The notes below the pieces were generated by a model. The model did no database searches. It had not been told where the DNA came from and worked only from the letters and a program-made list of their open reading frames with translations. 64,000 nt of DNA from assembly GCA_028534125.1 (NCBI GenBank), contig CM052816.1, positions 87,608,001 through 87,672,000 on the forward strand, in the 5' to 3' direction. Positions within the stretch are counted from its first letter, which is position 1. Every line of letters begins with the position of its first letter. This document shows, in pieces, positions 1-11,676 of this stretch. The translations under genes and the position numbers were made by a program. The stretch comes from Lama glama. Taxonomy: Eukaryota.

Positions 1-1100
1 CAGATTTAGGATTTGTTGACATAGTTGAGAAAGATAATGCTTGGAGATAACAAATATACAAGTGCCTCAGATATCAAGGGAGGTGGGTGCCCTATACAAA
101 GGGGTTGAGATCTCTGTAAAATCCAAAATAGGGTTGAAGCAAAGTGAGGGTCAGTAAAAGATTGCTAGATCTTGCATGTAAAATGTCATTACTATTATTT
201 TCCAGAATAGTAAAATAGTGAGAGCTATCATCAAATTGCAGTGAATTTTGAAAAAAAAAAAAAAAGATGTTAAAAACTGAAGCCAGTAAAGGCACAGCAT
301 ATTTTTAAAATAAATCTGGCAATGGAAGGAAGGCAAGATATATGGTGATACCTACAGGAAGGTATGTCAGAAAAAGGTTTAAGAAATATTAAAAAAAACC
401 TTAAAAATTTTTTAAGAGTTTATAGGAGTAGTAGGAGGAGGATGTGGAGGAGGAGAGATAATAAAAGAGTAAAGCCACAGGAGAGAAGTAAAGTGACTTA
501 TATATGATTCTGGAGGCGACAGAAGATTGCAACCTTGGAAGGAGTAAGAGACAGTTTCACCTGAGCTTGGAGGAAAGACAAAGTGAAGATGAAATCAGTT
601 TTGAGATAGAAGAGAGGAAAGAAGAAAACATAACAGTTTTTACTTTGGTGAAGAGGCAGCTAGGTGATGTGCTGAGACCAAGACCGGTGGGACTGGAGCC
701 TTGAGGTTCAAAACAATAATGGTGGAAAACAGAAAAGGCCTAGATGAGTTGATCACAGATAAATTTCTGTAAAAAATCTGTGACAGTAACTGAGTTTCCA
801 GAAAAAGCTAGAAATCATCTATTTGTAATGAAACCTTTCTGGGAGTATTCCTCTCAATAATGCTGAGCTACCTGATGTAGGACCTGAGAAATGAAATAAT
901 TGGGGATGCTGAAGGCTTATTTTGGCCACATGACTATTGTAGAAAGTGAACTGCAAAGTCTAATAAATTAAGGCTGATAGTGACAGGTGGGGTGGAGTGG
1001 TAGATATACTGGGCACAAGAAAAAAAGCTAAATATCTTGTGAAATGAAATCTCAAGGGGGCGATACATTGGGAAAACAACTTCATCAAAGGATGGGGTGA
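1..1100 (-). mobile_element. Old LINE-2 (L2) remnant, highly diverged
   Basis: Purine-rich + strand with phrases resembling antisense L2 (e.g. ggcaatggaaggaaggcaagata). Boundaries approximate. Confidence 0.4.
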
Positions 1101-2425
1101 ACCAGAAGGATAATCATAGGGATATGAAGTCATCGTAATATGATGTCCAGTTCTTAAAAACGGTATACTCTAGCTGATCATATAGCCCAAGATGTACCTA
1201 TAGATAAATAATACTATACAATATCTATAATGAGATGCATGCTATAGAAAACTCAAGAGGAATAGAGCTAAAATTCATCGTCATGGCAGGGAGTTGTGTT
1301 CTGAAAACTGGGGCATAGAGTAAGTTAAAAACATGGATATTTTGAGGCATTATGGAAGTTGGAAAATAAAAGTTGAAGAAAATTGTGTGAAATCAAAAAC
1401 AGGAGCTTTTCATAGACTGGCTGCATTCAAGAGATACGTATAAAAAAGAGTTTTACTGCAGCTTCACGGTAATAAATAGAATTACAGGCGAGTTTATAGT
1501 CTCATCTGTAAAATGAGAAGCATGCCATTTTTTAATATCGTCTAGGACGTAACTTCTGTGATATTAATTCCTACAGGCCTTTGTTTCATTGATAAATCTA
1601 AGCAAGTTATTTTTACAGCTAAGCTTATTTTAGTTCAAGATTACTTTTCCTCAGTTGACTATGCTTTAATATTGTATTTTATACAGTGGCAGAATGTCAC
1701 CTAAAAAAGAAGTAATCATATTTCACCTTTCAAAAAGAGTGGTTGGTCTTATATTACTTGGTGGCATAGAATTTAATAAACGACTTACATACAAAGCATT
1801 TGGGAGAGACTGGATGTAGGTAAGGAGAAGCTCAGTGATTACAAACCCACTGCGTTAGCGCTAGGCTGGAGCTGCTTAGAGACAGAAAAAAGCAATAGAT
1901 CAAGCTTAAATGGGCAACATTAATGGGAGTTATGGGTGCACATCTCAAAACGAATATACCCCAAAGAATTCATAGAATACCTCTCATAATTGGAAAAAGA
2001 CAGATTTTACAATTATCCTCAGGACAAGCCGCCATAGAATAAAATAGTTTTAGTGTCAAGAGAAATGCATGAGGCCAAAGGGAGCCTTCTTTGAAACTGG
2101 AAGAAAGAAAAGAGGAGGAAACATACAGACAATGCAACAGAACAGAGCTGCAAGCAGGCCCTCACTGGAGTGGAATTCATTGGAAACATGGGGGCGCTGG
2201 ATTAAATTAAAATCATGTTTGCTTGCTATTAAAAATCTAAAAATACTGTTTCTAAAATTAAATGACAATAATTTTTCTTTTTGCTCCTAAAAAAAAACTT
2301 TATCAAGGAATACTTTCCATAGTATATTAATACTCCCATTTCAAGTGTTCAATTTAATGATTTCTAGTAAACCTGTTTTAGAACATTTTCATCTCACCAA
2401 TTAGATCCCATATGCCCATTTACTC

Positions 2426-2498
2426 TTTTTTCTTTTATCGAAGTATAGTCAGTTTACAACGTTGTGTTAAGTTCTGGTGTACAGCATAGTGATTCAGT

Positions 2499-2546
<48 letters not shown>

Positions 2547-2720
2547 TATATATATATATGCACACACACACACACACACACATTCTTTTTCATATTCTTT
2601 TATTATAGGCTATTACAAGGTACTGAGTTTAATTCCCTGTGCTATACAATAGGACCTTGTTTATCTATTTTATGTAGAGTAGATAGTATCTACAAATCCC
2701 AAACTCCCAGTTTATCCCTC
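2426..2720 (-). mobile_element. 5'-truncated cetartiodactyl-type L1 3' end with internal microsatellite
   Basis: Antisense L1 tail (gaagtatagtcagtttacaacgttgtgttaagttctggtgtacagcatagtgattcag ... ttccctgtgctatacaataggacc ... tttatccctc). Flanking direct repeats catttactctttt (2417-2429) and catttagtctttt (2720-2732) match 12/13, consistent with a TSD. Confidence 0.9.
2499..2582. repeat. Compound (TA)n(TG)14C(AT)7G(CA)11 microsatellite
   Basis: Directly visible; contains a 60-bp perfect palindrome at 2523-2582. Confidence 0.97.
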
Positions 2721-2734
2721 ATTTAGTCTTTTTC

Positions 2735-2885
2735 TTTTTAAACACCTTTATTATGGTATCATTCCTGTACAATAAACTACATATATTTCAGATGTACAAT
2801 TTGACAAATTTTGATAGATGCATATATCAGTGAAACTTCCACCACCACAATCAAGGTAGTTAACATTTCCATCACTCCCCAAAGA
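2735..2885 (-). mobile_element. L1M (L1MB-like) 3'-end fragment
   Basis: ctttattatggtat...tgtacaatttgacaaattttgatagatgcatata...accaccacaatcaaggtagttaacatttccatcactcccc resembles the antisense 3' end of an old L1M. Confidence 0.7.
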
Positions 2886-3494
2886 GGTGCAAATTTTAAA
2901 TTCCATAATTTAATAAGCATTCTTGTTATATAAAGAAAATATGTTAGGTCTTTGGGAGTTTCACTATTCTGAATACGTTTTGAAAATTAGTCTTTACCTT
3001 TGCTTATTTTGAATTTGTTAAAAAGTCACTAAAAATATTTGCTGAGGGAAATATTCTATGTAAAGCAATGCTTAGCAGTTTCAACTTTGTAACTTCATGC
3101 ACCGTTGTCTGATGCATACCTACTTAGATGTGTCAGATGTATGAAGGTTTTTCATTTTCTTCCTTTTTTTTTGGCTTTTATTTTTTGACATTCATGATCT
3201 TCAGATTTAGTCATTTAAAAGAGAAAACGGGTACATATTCAGGGAGATGGTTTGCTCTGCTGCCTTAGAACTAATGTAACTGCATTGACTGCCCGTATTA
3301 AATCAAATAACTTTTAAATGTCTCAACAAAGAGGAATCTCATTTTCTTAAATAACCTTTTTATCTTATAATAGTCTAAGAGTTACAGGAACCTGTAAAGA
3401 CAGTACAGAGGGTTTTCACATACATCAACCTCAGTGTCCCATAAATTATTATCTTACATGAGTATGGTGCGTGTGCCTTAATTAGTGAATGACG

Positions 3495-3730
3495 TGATCA
3501 GTTTGAGATGCCTATTAAAATCCCAGCTGAAGTTGGCTAATAGTTGGAGTTAGAACCAAAAAGAGAGGTGTGAGTTAAATATCTAAATTATGTAGTCATT
3601 ATCAAAAAGATGATAGGTAACGTCGGACAAGAAAAAAATAATCTAAGATGTTAGTTACATAGAAAAGAGACATTGAGAATATATGGGTAGAAGGAAAGAA
3701 CTGAGAACCAAATTTTGAGGTACTTCAAAG
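3495..3730 (-). mobile_element. L2 fragment
   Basis: gtttgagatgcctattaaaatccc...gtagtcattatc...gaactgagaaccaaattttgaggtac resembles antisense L2. Confidence 0.55.
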
Positions 3731-3899
3731 TCAAGGTGCCTCTTTTTCTTTGTCTAATCTCTTTCCATATCTCATAACTATTCTGATGCCACCCTTTGTT
3801 CTGGCTGACTTTTGTTTTACATTATTTCTCAAAAGCTGTGGCACCCTCAAGGGAAATACCTCCTAAATGTGATATAAAAGAACAATAGAACTAAATTGA

Positions 3900-4700
3900 C
3901 TTAGACAGTTTCTTCCATTAAAGGAATCTGTTATTATTTCATTATTTTGTTTTAGCAATTTGCCATAGTTTTGACTCACCTAGGCAGGTGGTCATTTAAA
4001 ACACATCAATTTCTCCTACACCAGTTCTCCTTTCTGTGATTTTAAAATATCAATTAAAATTTAAATTTGTTTCCTTGGTTTCTGTCAAATGTGGCTGCTG
4101 AGAGCATTTGGTGACTCAATTTGACCAAGTTTAATCTATGCTATTTTTCCCAGTTTCAAGTTATCTTCATATTTGATACGTATGGTTTCAGTGTCTTCAC
4201 TGATGTGATTGAGCAAAATGTTGAGTGCAGCTGGGCAAAGAATGGTCCACAGAGGGAGCTTCGGAGAAACTATTCTCAGTCGAGAACTTTGACTTGAAAC
4301 CCTTTTCTGTTCACCAACTTGCCCTGAATCTGCGGCAGAGGATATTCTTGGTGCTCTGCTCAAGTGTCCTGGAATTCCTGTTACTATTTCTCTGTGTACC
4401 TTTCTACTCACTTCAACATGTGTTTCCGTCTGATGGTCCAGTTGTTACCTTCTACGGGGGAGAGCTGCTCACTGATGGAAGAGAGAGTTGGAAACACCTG
4501 GGAGTGTATACACTTCGCCTTCCATCACGCAGCCCGCAGGCAATAACTGGATTTAAAAATACAAAACCCAGCTTTCATGTCTGCAGTCTGAAAAATTCAG
4601 ATGATATTTTGTCCATCCTGTCTTTCAAGATAACAGAAGAGAATTGCAGAGGCTTTTTTTGAACGCAGGATGCACAAATCTACTCAATTTCTTTCGGCCA
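3900..4700 (-). mobile_element. L3/CR1 LINE fossil containing a degenerate reverse-transcriptase segment
   Basis: Minus ORF 4136-4411 reads QKRVSSQSSRLRIVSPKLPLWTILCPAALNILLNHISEDTETIRIKYEDNLKLGKIA. This aligns by eye to CR1 RT [58 protein letters not shown], with FADD decayed to YEDN (4160-4171). A decayed VDxVYLDFSKAF...DKMEK-like stretch lies at about 4600-4690. Confidence 0.7.
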
Positions 4701-4734
4701 ACACATTATATACTAGTAATTTATCAAGAAATGA

Positions 4735-5450
4735 TACTGATAACTAAGGAAATGCAAATTACAACCACAATGTGGTTTAGCAGTATCATCTCCCACTAAC
4801 AGATAGGATGTATTTTAGAAGTTTCTTTATAACAAATGTTACTAATGATGTGGGGAATGGAAATTCTCATACACTTCTATAGGAACAATTTGGGATTTTC
4901 TGGTAAAGTTGAAAATGTAGGTTCTATGCTATTCAGCACCTCCAGCCTTGTGTGTATAGACGTGTAAAGTGCTCATACATTCATCAGGAGACATGTACAA
5001 GAAAGTTCAAAGCATTACTTTTAGTGGGGAAAGAAGGTAGAAACTACCCAAATGACCATTAACATAAGAATAGATGCATGTTTTTTGTCATGTTCATGGA
5101 TGAACTCCTTGCTGCATGTATCACTGTGGATGCCTTGCCATAATGGAATATGCTGTTTGTGAGAAGAAAGTTATACTAGAATAGATAAAATATGGTGCCA
5201 TTTATATTAAGGAGAAAACATAACTTTGGTTAATAAATTTAGAAATACATACATACATGTAACTTTAAAATTGAGCTAATGGTGGAGGGGGCAGGTGTAA
5301 GCAGAAGCAATGGAAGAAGAGTACACTGGGGGCTTCCAGGGTCTTGGAGTGTTCTGTTGGGGGCCAGATGGTAGACACATGATTTTTTTTCCAATCTTCA
5401 AGCTATATATAACATATTACCTATATAACTATAGATTATACATTTTTTAA
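4735..5450 (+). mobile_element. Old L1 (L1ME-like) ORF2 end / 3' UTR fragment
   Basis: aaggaaatgcaaattacaaccacaatg...gatgtggggaatggaaattctcatacact...ggagacatgtacaagaaagttcaaagcatt are typical L1M 3' sequences. Confidence 0.75.
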
Positions 5451-8174
5451 AGGAAATAAAATTTATTTAGGCATGAGAATAGCTCCCTGTAGTTATCACT
5501 GCCTTATAAATGGTATGCATCTCTTATAACGCATTGTGTAATGTTAACCCAGAATAAAAGTCAAGCTTAAGTGATATGTGAAACACACCCTGTTCTCTTC
5601 TTTAAATATTTAGGCTATTTTCCCATTCCTAGTCATTTCTGGGTAGACACCAGCCAGGCTTGTTCTCATAAAATTTACTCATGATCCAATGCTCTCAGAA
5701 AGAATATTTTCAAGATGTAGGAGAGTTCAGGAGAAACTTGCTAAAAGTCTTCCCCCTCCTTTATTTTCTAATATGAATGTGTCAGACAATACTCTTTTTT
5801 TTTCATGAAGAGTTGGACACAAAACTTTAAAATGTAATCAGAATATTTTAAATTTAATCTTTAGACCATGTTTCCCAGATCATGAGTTTTCTTAGAACAG
5901 CAAAATGCATAAAAAAGGCGTGAATTTGGTACACATGTAAATAATAAATAATAAGAAAAACATAAACAAATGTTATGTACTTTATATCCAATATAATACA
6001 TGTCAGTGAGATAGCTGCTCAGTATTATCGCCATAATTTAATAAAATAAATAATCTTTTAAGACTGTAAAGGAGAAAGGACCTTAAATCAGAATGAAAAG
6101 AACCCCTTTCCAAGAAAAATCAGTTCTTAACCTCATAATGTCAAACATGCATGAATAGATTTATTTTCATTTTTTTTTTCATTTATCATTGAGCTAGAGA
6201 CAATGTCACCCTAGGAGGCATATACACCAGCATAAGGGAACGAGTATCCATCTCTCCCTGCTTTAAAATTAGATCGGCATCATAGCTGTATATTGTGTAC
6301 AGAGTTAGAACACTCTGTATGGAGATTAGGTTTGGCGGGGGTAGTTAATACTGATGTTAAGCAGTAATAGTTTGTAGTAAGGATAGAAGTCCTAGGCCTT
6401 CGTTATGTCTCTAACTGTCCAAACTGGAGAGAAACAGAATGCATGCTGAGAGAAATGCGATTACTCACAAAGCAGTTTCTTGGTTAAATCGTCTTATTTA
6501 AAAGGCACTCACCACAGGAGAGCAACGCTATCATTTCGCTAATTGAATTCTGAACCTAAAATGCAACAATGCAAGGGAAGGAACAATTCCAGACAGAAAT
6601 GATCAAATCAAAGTAAGGAGCAGTTTAATTTCTTTTCTGGAGAAATATGTATTCAAGCATGATTTCTACAAAAAAAAAAAAGAGGAAAAAAAAAAAGGAG
6701 TCGAGGAAGAACAAGTAACAGCTAATGTGGTCTAGTCTGCTTCTGAATGCACATGAGTCCAGGGACATACAAAAAAGAAAAAAAGAGAGAGACATTTAAA
6801 TTTTCTGGAAAAGCAGTGGAAACTGGTTTGTTTATTTATTTCTCCTAAATTTATAGTCAGGTACCGTTTGCTGAGCCTTTGGGCATATTTATAGTCTGAA
6901 AGCATATTCTATAAAAGAGTGAGACTTGTTTTATGAGCACTCACACACATTCTAAATTGCACAACATAAAAGCAGACCACTGGCTCCATTACTAGCTTGT
7001 ACTAATATCCTGAGAACATCCCACCCACCCAGTTTCATTAAAGAAAAAACAGTAACAGGTCATAGCAGGACTTTAGAAAAAGGTAATACAGATGTGAAAT
7101 GTGCAATTTGCATAACCCTTCTGGAACGTGAGCAATTTTAAGATAAAAATGCATGAAAAATAATCTTGAGGGAAAGCATTGGTACTATGGCTATGGAAAC
7201 TTTTCCTTATTAATACTTAAATTTTTTGCATGGTTTTCCTTTATTAGAGGTAAAAAAGAAACGGACAGAAAGCATCTATTTAAAGAGAAACATGTAAAGA
7301 AACTGAAAAATAAGAGCGATGAGAAAACGTGATATACTTTTCAGCTTTAACTACCAGGCCAAACAATACACACTTCCATCCACTAGCTGGGTTGTTATAA
7401 ATGCTAATACATTTAAATGAGTTTACAGTGACGTCCCTTGTGATTCTGGAGCACACTAAAGTGTTTACAGAGGTTAATTTGGGACTACATAGGGAAGCAG
7501 TTTTCCAGCTGTAATTTAGGTTGGTGGTTCCTTTTAAGCCATAAGGCAATCAGATTTTCTCTGCAGTAAAAGAAATTTTAGTTATTGTCACAAATTATTA
7601 TACTGCAGCTAGCTACTTACCCTTAAGATTATTGTATAGTTGATTGTGAAAGAAAGAAAAAAACCCTGAATAATATACATATTTCAATGTTATCTATTAC
7701 CCGGACATAGTTGCTAACTAATTTGCTTAAATTAGCTGTGGTGTCCTCTTAAATTGAAGATACAATCTTATTCTTACTATTGCGTTAACTGCCTATACTC
7801 TTTGGAATTGTTTACCCTTTATCTAGTTTCCTTCTGGGCTGCCTCTCCACGTCAGCCTACACTTCCCAGAACTGCTTCGAGCTTCTTACTATGATGTAGG
7901 AAGTTATTAAAATATGTTAATTTACTTGGCCGAGATGACTTTACATTAAGCCCTTATAACTTCCTGCCTTCTGGGCTGTCCACACTTTGTAATACCTGAA
8001 ACAAGATGTTATTTTGTGATCACATAGTTATTCAGGGAAAAAAAATGTTACGGCTTTCTCTTGTGTTTGTGACTATTTCCATTGAATCAGTTCTATAATT
8101 TAAGGAAAATCAGACTGACATGCAGAGTGCTTGCTCTGGGTCAGCCAGTCTCCTACACATTTTGCATGTCCTGT

Positions 8175-8300
8175 GATTATCATGATTTGCAGATGAGGGC
8201 TGAGTGGTTGAATAACAACTTTTATGTCATAGAACTAATCAGGGCCACAGCCCCCACTCCTCCCCAGTCGGCCTGGCTCCAGGGTCAGTGTTCTATACAT
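8175..8300 (-). mobile_element. MIR SINE fragment
   Basis: tttgcagatgagggctgagtggttgaataac...gtcatagaactaatcaggg resembles the antisense MIR core. Confidence 0.5.
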
Positions 8301-9769
8301 GGCCTTTTAAATGTTACGATATGTAGAAAGAAGAATAATCCTTCCACATTAAAATATATGTGTGTGTATATATATGTATATGTGCACATACATATTTATA
8401 TACATACATACATATATTAATAAATGTATATATCAGTACCATTTTGTAAATATAATTCTAATGAACTACAAATGAAGGCTTGGATATTTTTCCTTTGGGA
8501 AATGAGGAGTGACTGAAACAATTTGTAAGAAGTTAGGGGACTTGGTCAGATTCCAGTTTCAGAAAGCCAGCTCTGCTGGGGTGTGGAGAAAAAGATTGAG
8601 AAACACCTTTCCCTTGCACACGTGATCTTTACAATTTCTATACCCCTGATTCTCACTTCCACCCCATCCTCTCTGTCTAATTTCAGTACTCGCCACGTTG
8701 AACTGTTTTGCTCCCCCCAAATGCAGGACCAGGTCCCCTGAGCCTCCACGCAGGATGCCCTCTCTATCCGCTCCACCCACACCCAACCTTGGCTCGCCTC
8801 CTTCAGGACTTTCCTTAACAGGCATTTCCTCTGATAATTGCTTCTTTAACTGCCAAGACTGGGTTAAGGATTCTGCCTACTATGCAAAACCCTATTGAAC
8901 AGAACAGTGCAGCAACTGCATTTTAACATGTGTGTCTCTCTGCTCACGTAAGGGCATTAGATTATCTCCTATTCCTCCTGCTTCCTAATGTGTTATTTGA
9001 AATGTCTACCATCTGCTTAGGACAGGCATTCGGGAAACTGACACCAGCATGCAGGTTGCTTTCTCTTCCCTTCATTGTTCTAAGCCTCGCAGGACAGGGT
9101 GAGGTTTGGGAGTGTGCATGGCTTGGCTCTGAAGTACAGGGAAAGAGCAGTGATGACGCCCTGAAGGCAGCTGGTGGGAAATTTTAATGAGTGACTGGAC
9201 ATGGCTGTCATGCAATCAGAAATTCTCCTGACTTCAGCACTGACACAGGGTCCTAGACACCCTTGCTGTAACAGGCATTACATTTTAAATTTACATATTA
9301 TGGGGATGTGGGAAAGTCCCAGGAGAACAGACAGTGGGATGGGAGCTTTGGGGAGTCTCTGAGCAGTGATCATTTACTAAAATGAAGGAAATCATATTCC
9401 AAGCGACACAGATGCCTGCCAGATGAGCATCAGCTCTGCTTATGTCCTCAATTCAGTGGGCACAAAAGGCAATCTGCTCACATGTCTGGAAGGATAGAAG
9501 AAAGGAAGAGAATGAGGGAGGATGAAAGGGAGGGATCTAGGGAAATATTTTACCACATTTCAAGAAATAAAGGAAAAAAAGGCTGCATGATATATCCAAG
9601 CTCGAGGTCCACGCTTGCACTAGCGAACCACCAGCAGGGCTGGAGAGCTGTCTGTTGCTGCATCCCTGCATTAATGTGAAATCTGGCTTGTTGTCAATGG
9701 CATCAAATCCAATTTCCTTTCTACTCTCTGCCCCAATAGAGATGGACAGTATTTCACTATGAATGGACA

Positions 9770-10150
9770 TATGTACTTGTTCAGAATTTTATAAACACAG
9801 AAATTAATGTGTGATTTTATAAGGAAGCAACATGTATAAAATAAAGCCTGTGCTGAGTACTCATCTCTGTGGTTGCAAACACACATACATACTGGGGCGG
9901 TTGTGGAATCCTTGGGTGTTGGAACATTAATCTCAGAGACTGCAATCAATAGAGCAAGTACACTAAGACAGCAAGTGCAGACCCCATGTGGACGAGGTAG
10001 GCTGGGAGTGTCCTTGGAGAGGACCAGTGTTCTTAGGGAAGAGAGCCAGCAAGGGGAGAAATGAAAACATGAATTCAAAAAAGGAATCCCATCACATGGC
10101 ATCTGGAGGCCATTGTAATGTGTTTAGCTCGGTTTTATCCTAAGCCTAGA
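9770..10150 (-). mobile_element. L2 fragment
   Basis: gaggtaggctgggagtgtccttggagaggacc...ggaggccattgtaatgtgtttagctcggttttatcctaag resembles antisense L2. Confidence 0.5.
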
Positions 10151-11171
10151 ACGTTGCAATTTTGTATTCTAAGCAAACCATGTGTGTGTCCAAGTGTATT
10201 TGACATAAATCATCCAAATATCCAAAAACTTGTATCTGTGATCATCTCTGTAGAGACAGACAAGAAATGATTTGTGTTTTCCTACCATGGAAAATTATAA
10301 ACAGGTTTATATTGAGTAACATATCAGTAAGTCCTCAAGTTAAATGCAGTTCAGTTCGTAAAATGGCAAAAGATGGATCATATTGAAGAAGTAATGTTTC
10401 AAATGTTGTTTAAATTTCCATGTAGTCCACTCAAAAATAAATGCATAGTAAATGTCCCCCTCAAAAATATTTAAGAAAACAAAAATCCTCCAAATATCCT
10501 TAACCCACCATATGTGCTATATTTTATAGTAGCCCATACAGAAAGAGCTAATACCAATGATCATAATTAGTGTTATCTCTTCTTCACTTTGTCTTGCCTC
10601 TGTGAGGGGGGACTGTTAGGGGCATACTCAGTCTTCAAGCTTCTCCCTACTTCCAATTTTGGTGTAAGGAGGTAGGTAACCAGAGGGAAAATTAAAGGTA
10701 GAGCCTCTAAGTCTTTTATCAAACATTATGAAAGAGACCCCAGTGAAAAAGTCGTATGCATTTCAAGGGGAGTCAGTGGTGCTGCGTAGAATTCAGAGTG
10801 CCACTTCACTGGGCGCTGGTTTCTTCAGAATGGAAATTTAATTTCAGCAGCTTAGAGGGAGCATACTGTATATCTTACAGCATGAATTGATCCACAGCCC
10901 AGTATAGCAAGTTTATACTGTGGGTTTCTGGGAGGTGAGACATAATCCCCAGATTCAAGGAACTTATCTGACATTTTGTTCATCACAGATCTGAAGGAGT
11001 AAATATGGACATTTGAAGAAAAAATAGATACCATAATGTATAGAGCATAGAGTGCTAAATAGTCTATTCAAATACGATCAAACTATTTACCACTGAAATG
11101 GACCTGGATGATTGACACCAACATTTTAATGTTTGAAAGCGATGTCTTCTTTGCAGAAAGTCAGTTAGATC

Positions 11172-11676
11172 TGACATCACTTAGTCCAAACTCGTACGGC
11201 TCGCAGCAGGACAGACCAATGAATGGGGAGACCAGTTGTTGGAGCAAGGCATAACGGCTATATTCGGAAAGCCTGCAGACTGAGAAGATGGTAAACCAGC
11301 ATCCCAAAGAACCATCTTGCTTGAGTTCTAACTTCAGGCTTCTTTTATAGTCAAAGGAGAGGAAGTGTGGTTAGTTGTTGCAAACTTCTTGGTGCTGGAA
11401 TCCTTTGTTTTTGCACCTGTCCACGGAGGTCTGATCACAGTATTCCTAAAAACCTCCAACAAGACAAAGGTTATTCTCTGTTCTGGAACTTCTCTCTATA
11501 CGAATGGAAGAGTGTTATACCTTTAAAGGTCAGATCCTCGAGAATGGGGCATCATGTGCATTTCAGACTATAGGCAACATTCTTTTAGTTATTTATTTGT
11601 AGCAAAAGCAATAGAATACAAAGGTTAAAGTAAAAGAAACAGCCAAAATGAAGTCAGATTTGTTTTTCCTATTACA
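11172..11676 (-). mobile_element. Solo ERV1-class LTR (MER41-like laurasiatherian type)
   Basis: TG...CA-bounded 505-bp block. The minus strand begins tgtaataggaaaaacaaatctgacttcattttgg. The + strand ccaaactcgtacggctcgcagcaggacagaccaat...ggcataacggctatattcggaaagcctgcagactgagaagatgg resembles the U5/R end of ERV1 LTRs. No clear TSD. Confidence 0.75.

Noticed and set aside
2464..2726. ORFs with CVCV/HTHT/IYIY repeats (similar ones at 21634, 28144, 47161)
   Set aside because: These are translations of dinucleotide microsatellites.
4225..4662. 145-aa + strand ORF, the longest gap-free ORF
   Set aside because: It has a non-ATG start and no recognisable domain, and it is the antisense of the L3/CR1 fossil.
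9671..10102. 143-aa minus-strand ORF
   Set aside because: It overlaps a decayed L2 fragment and shows no recognisable protein features or splice structure.
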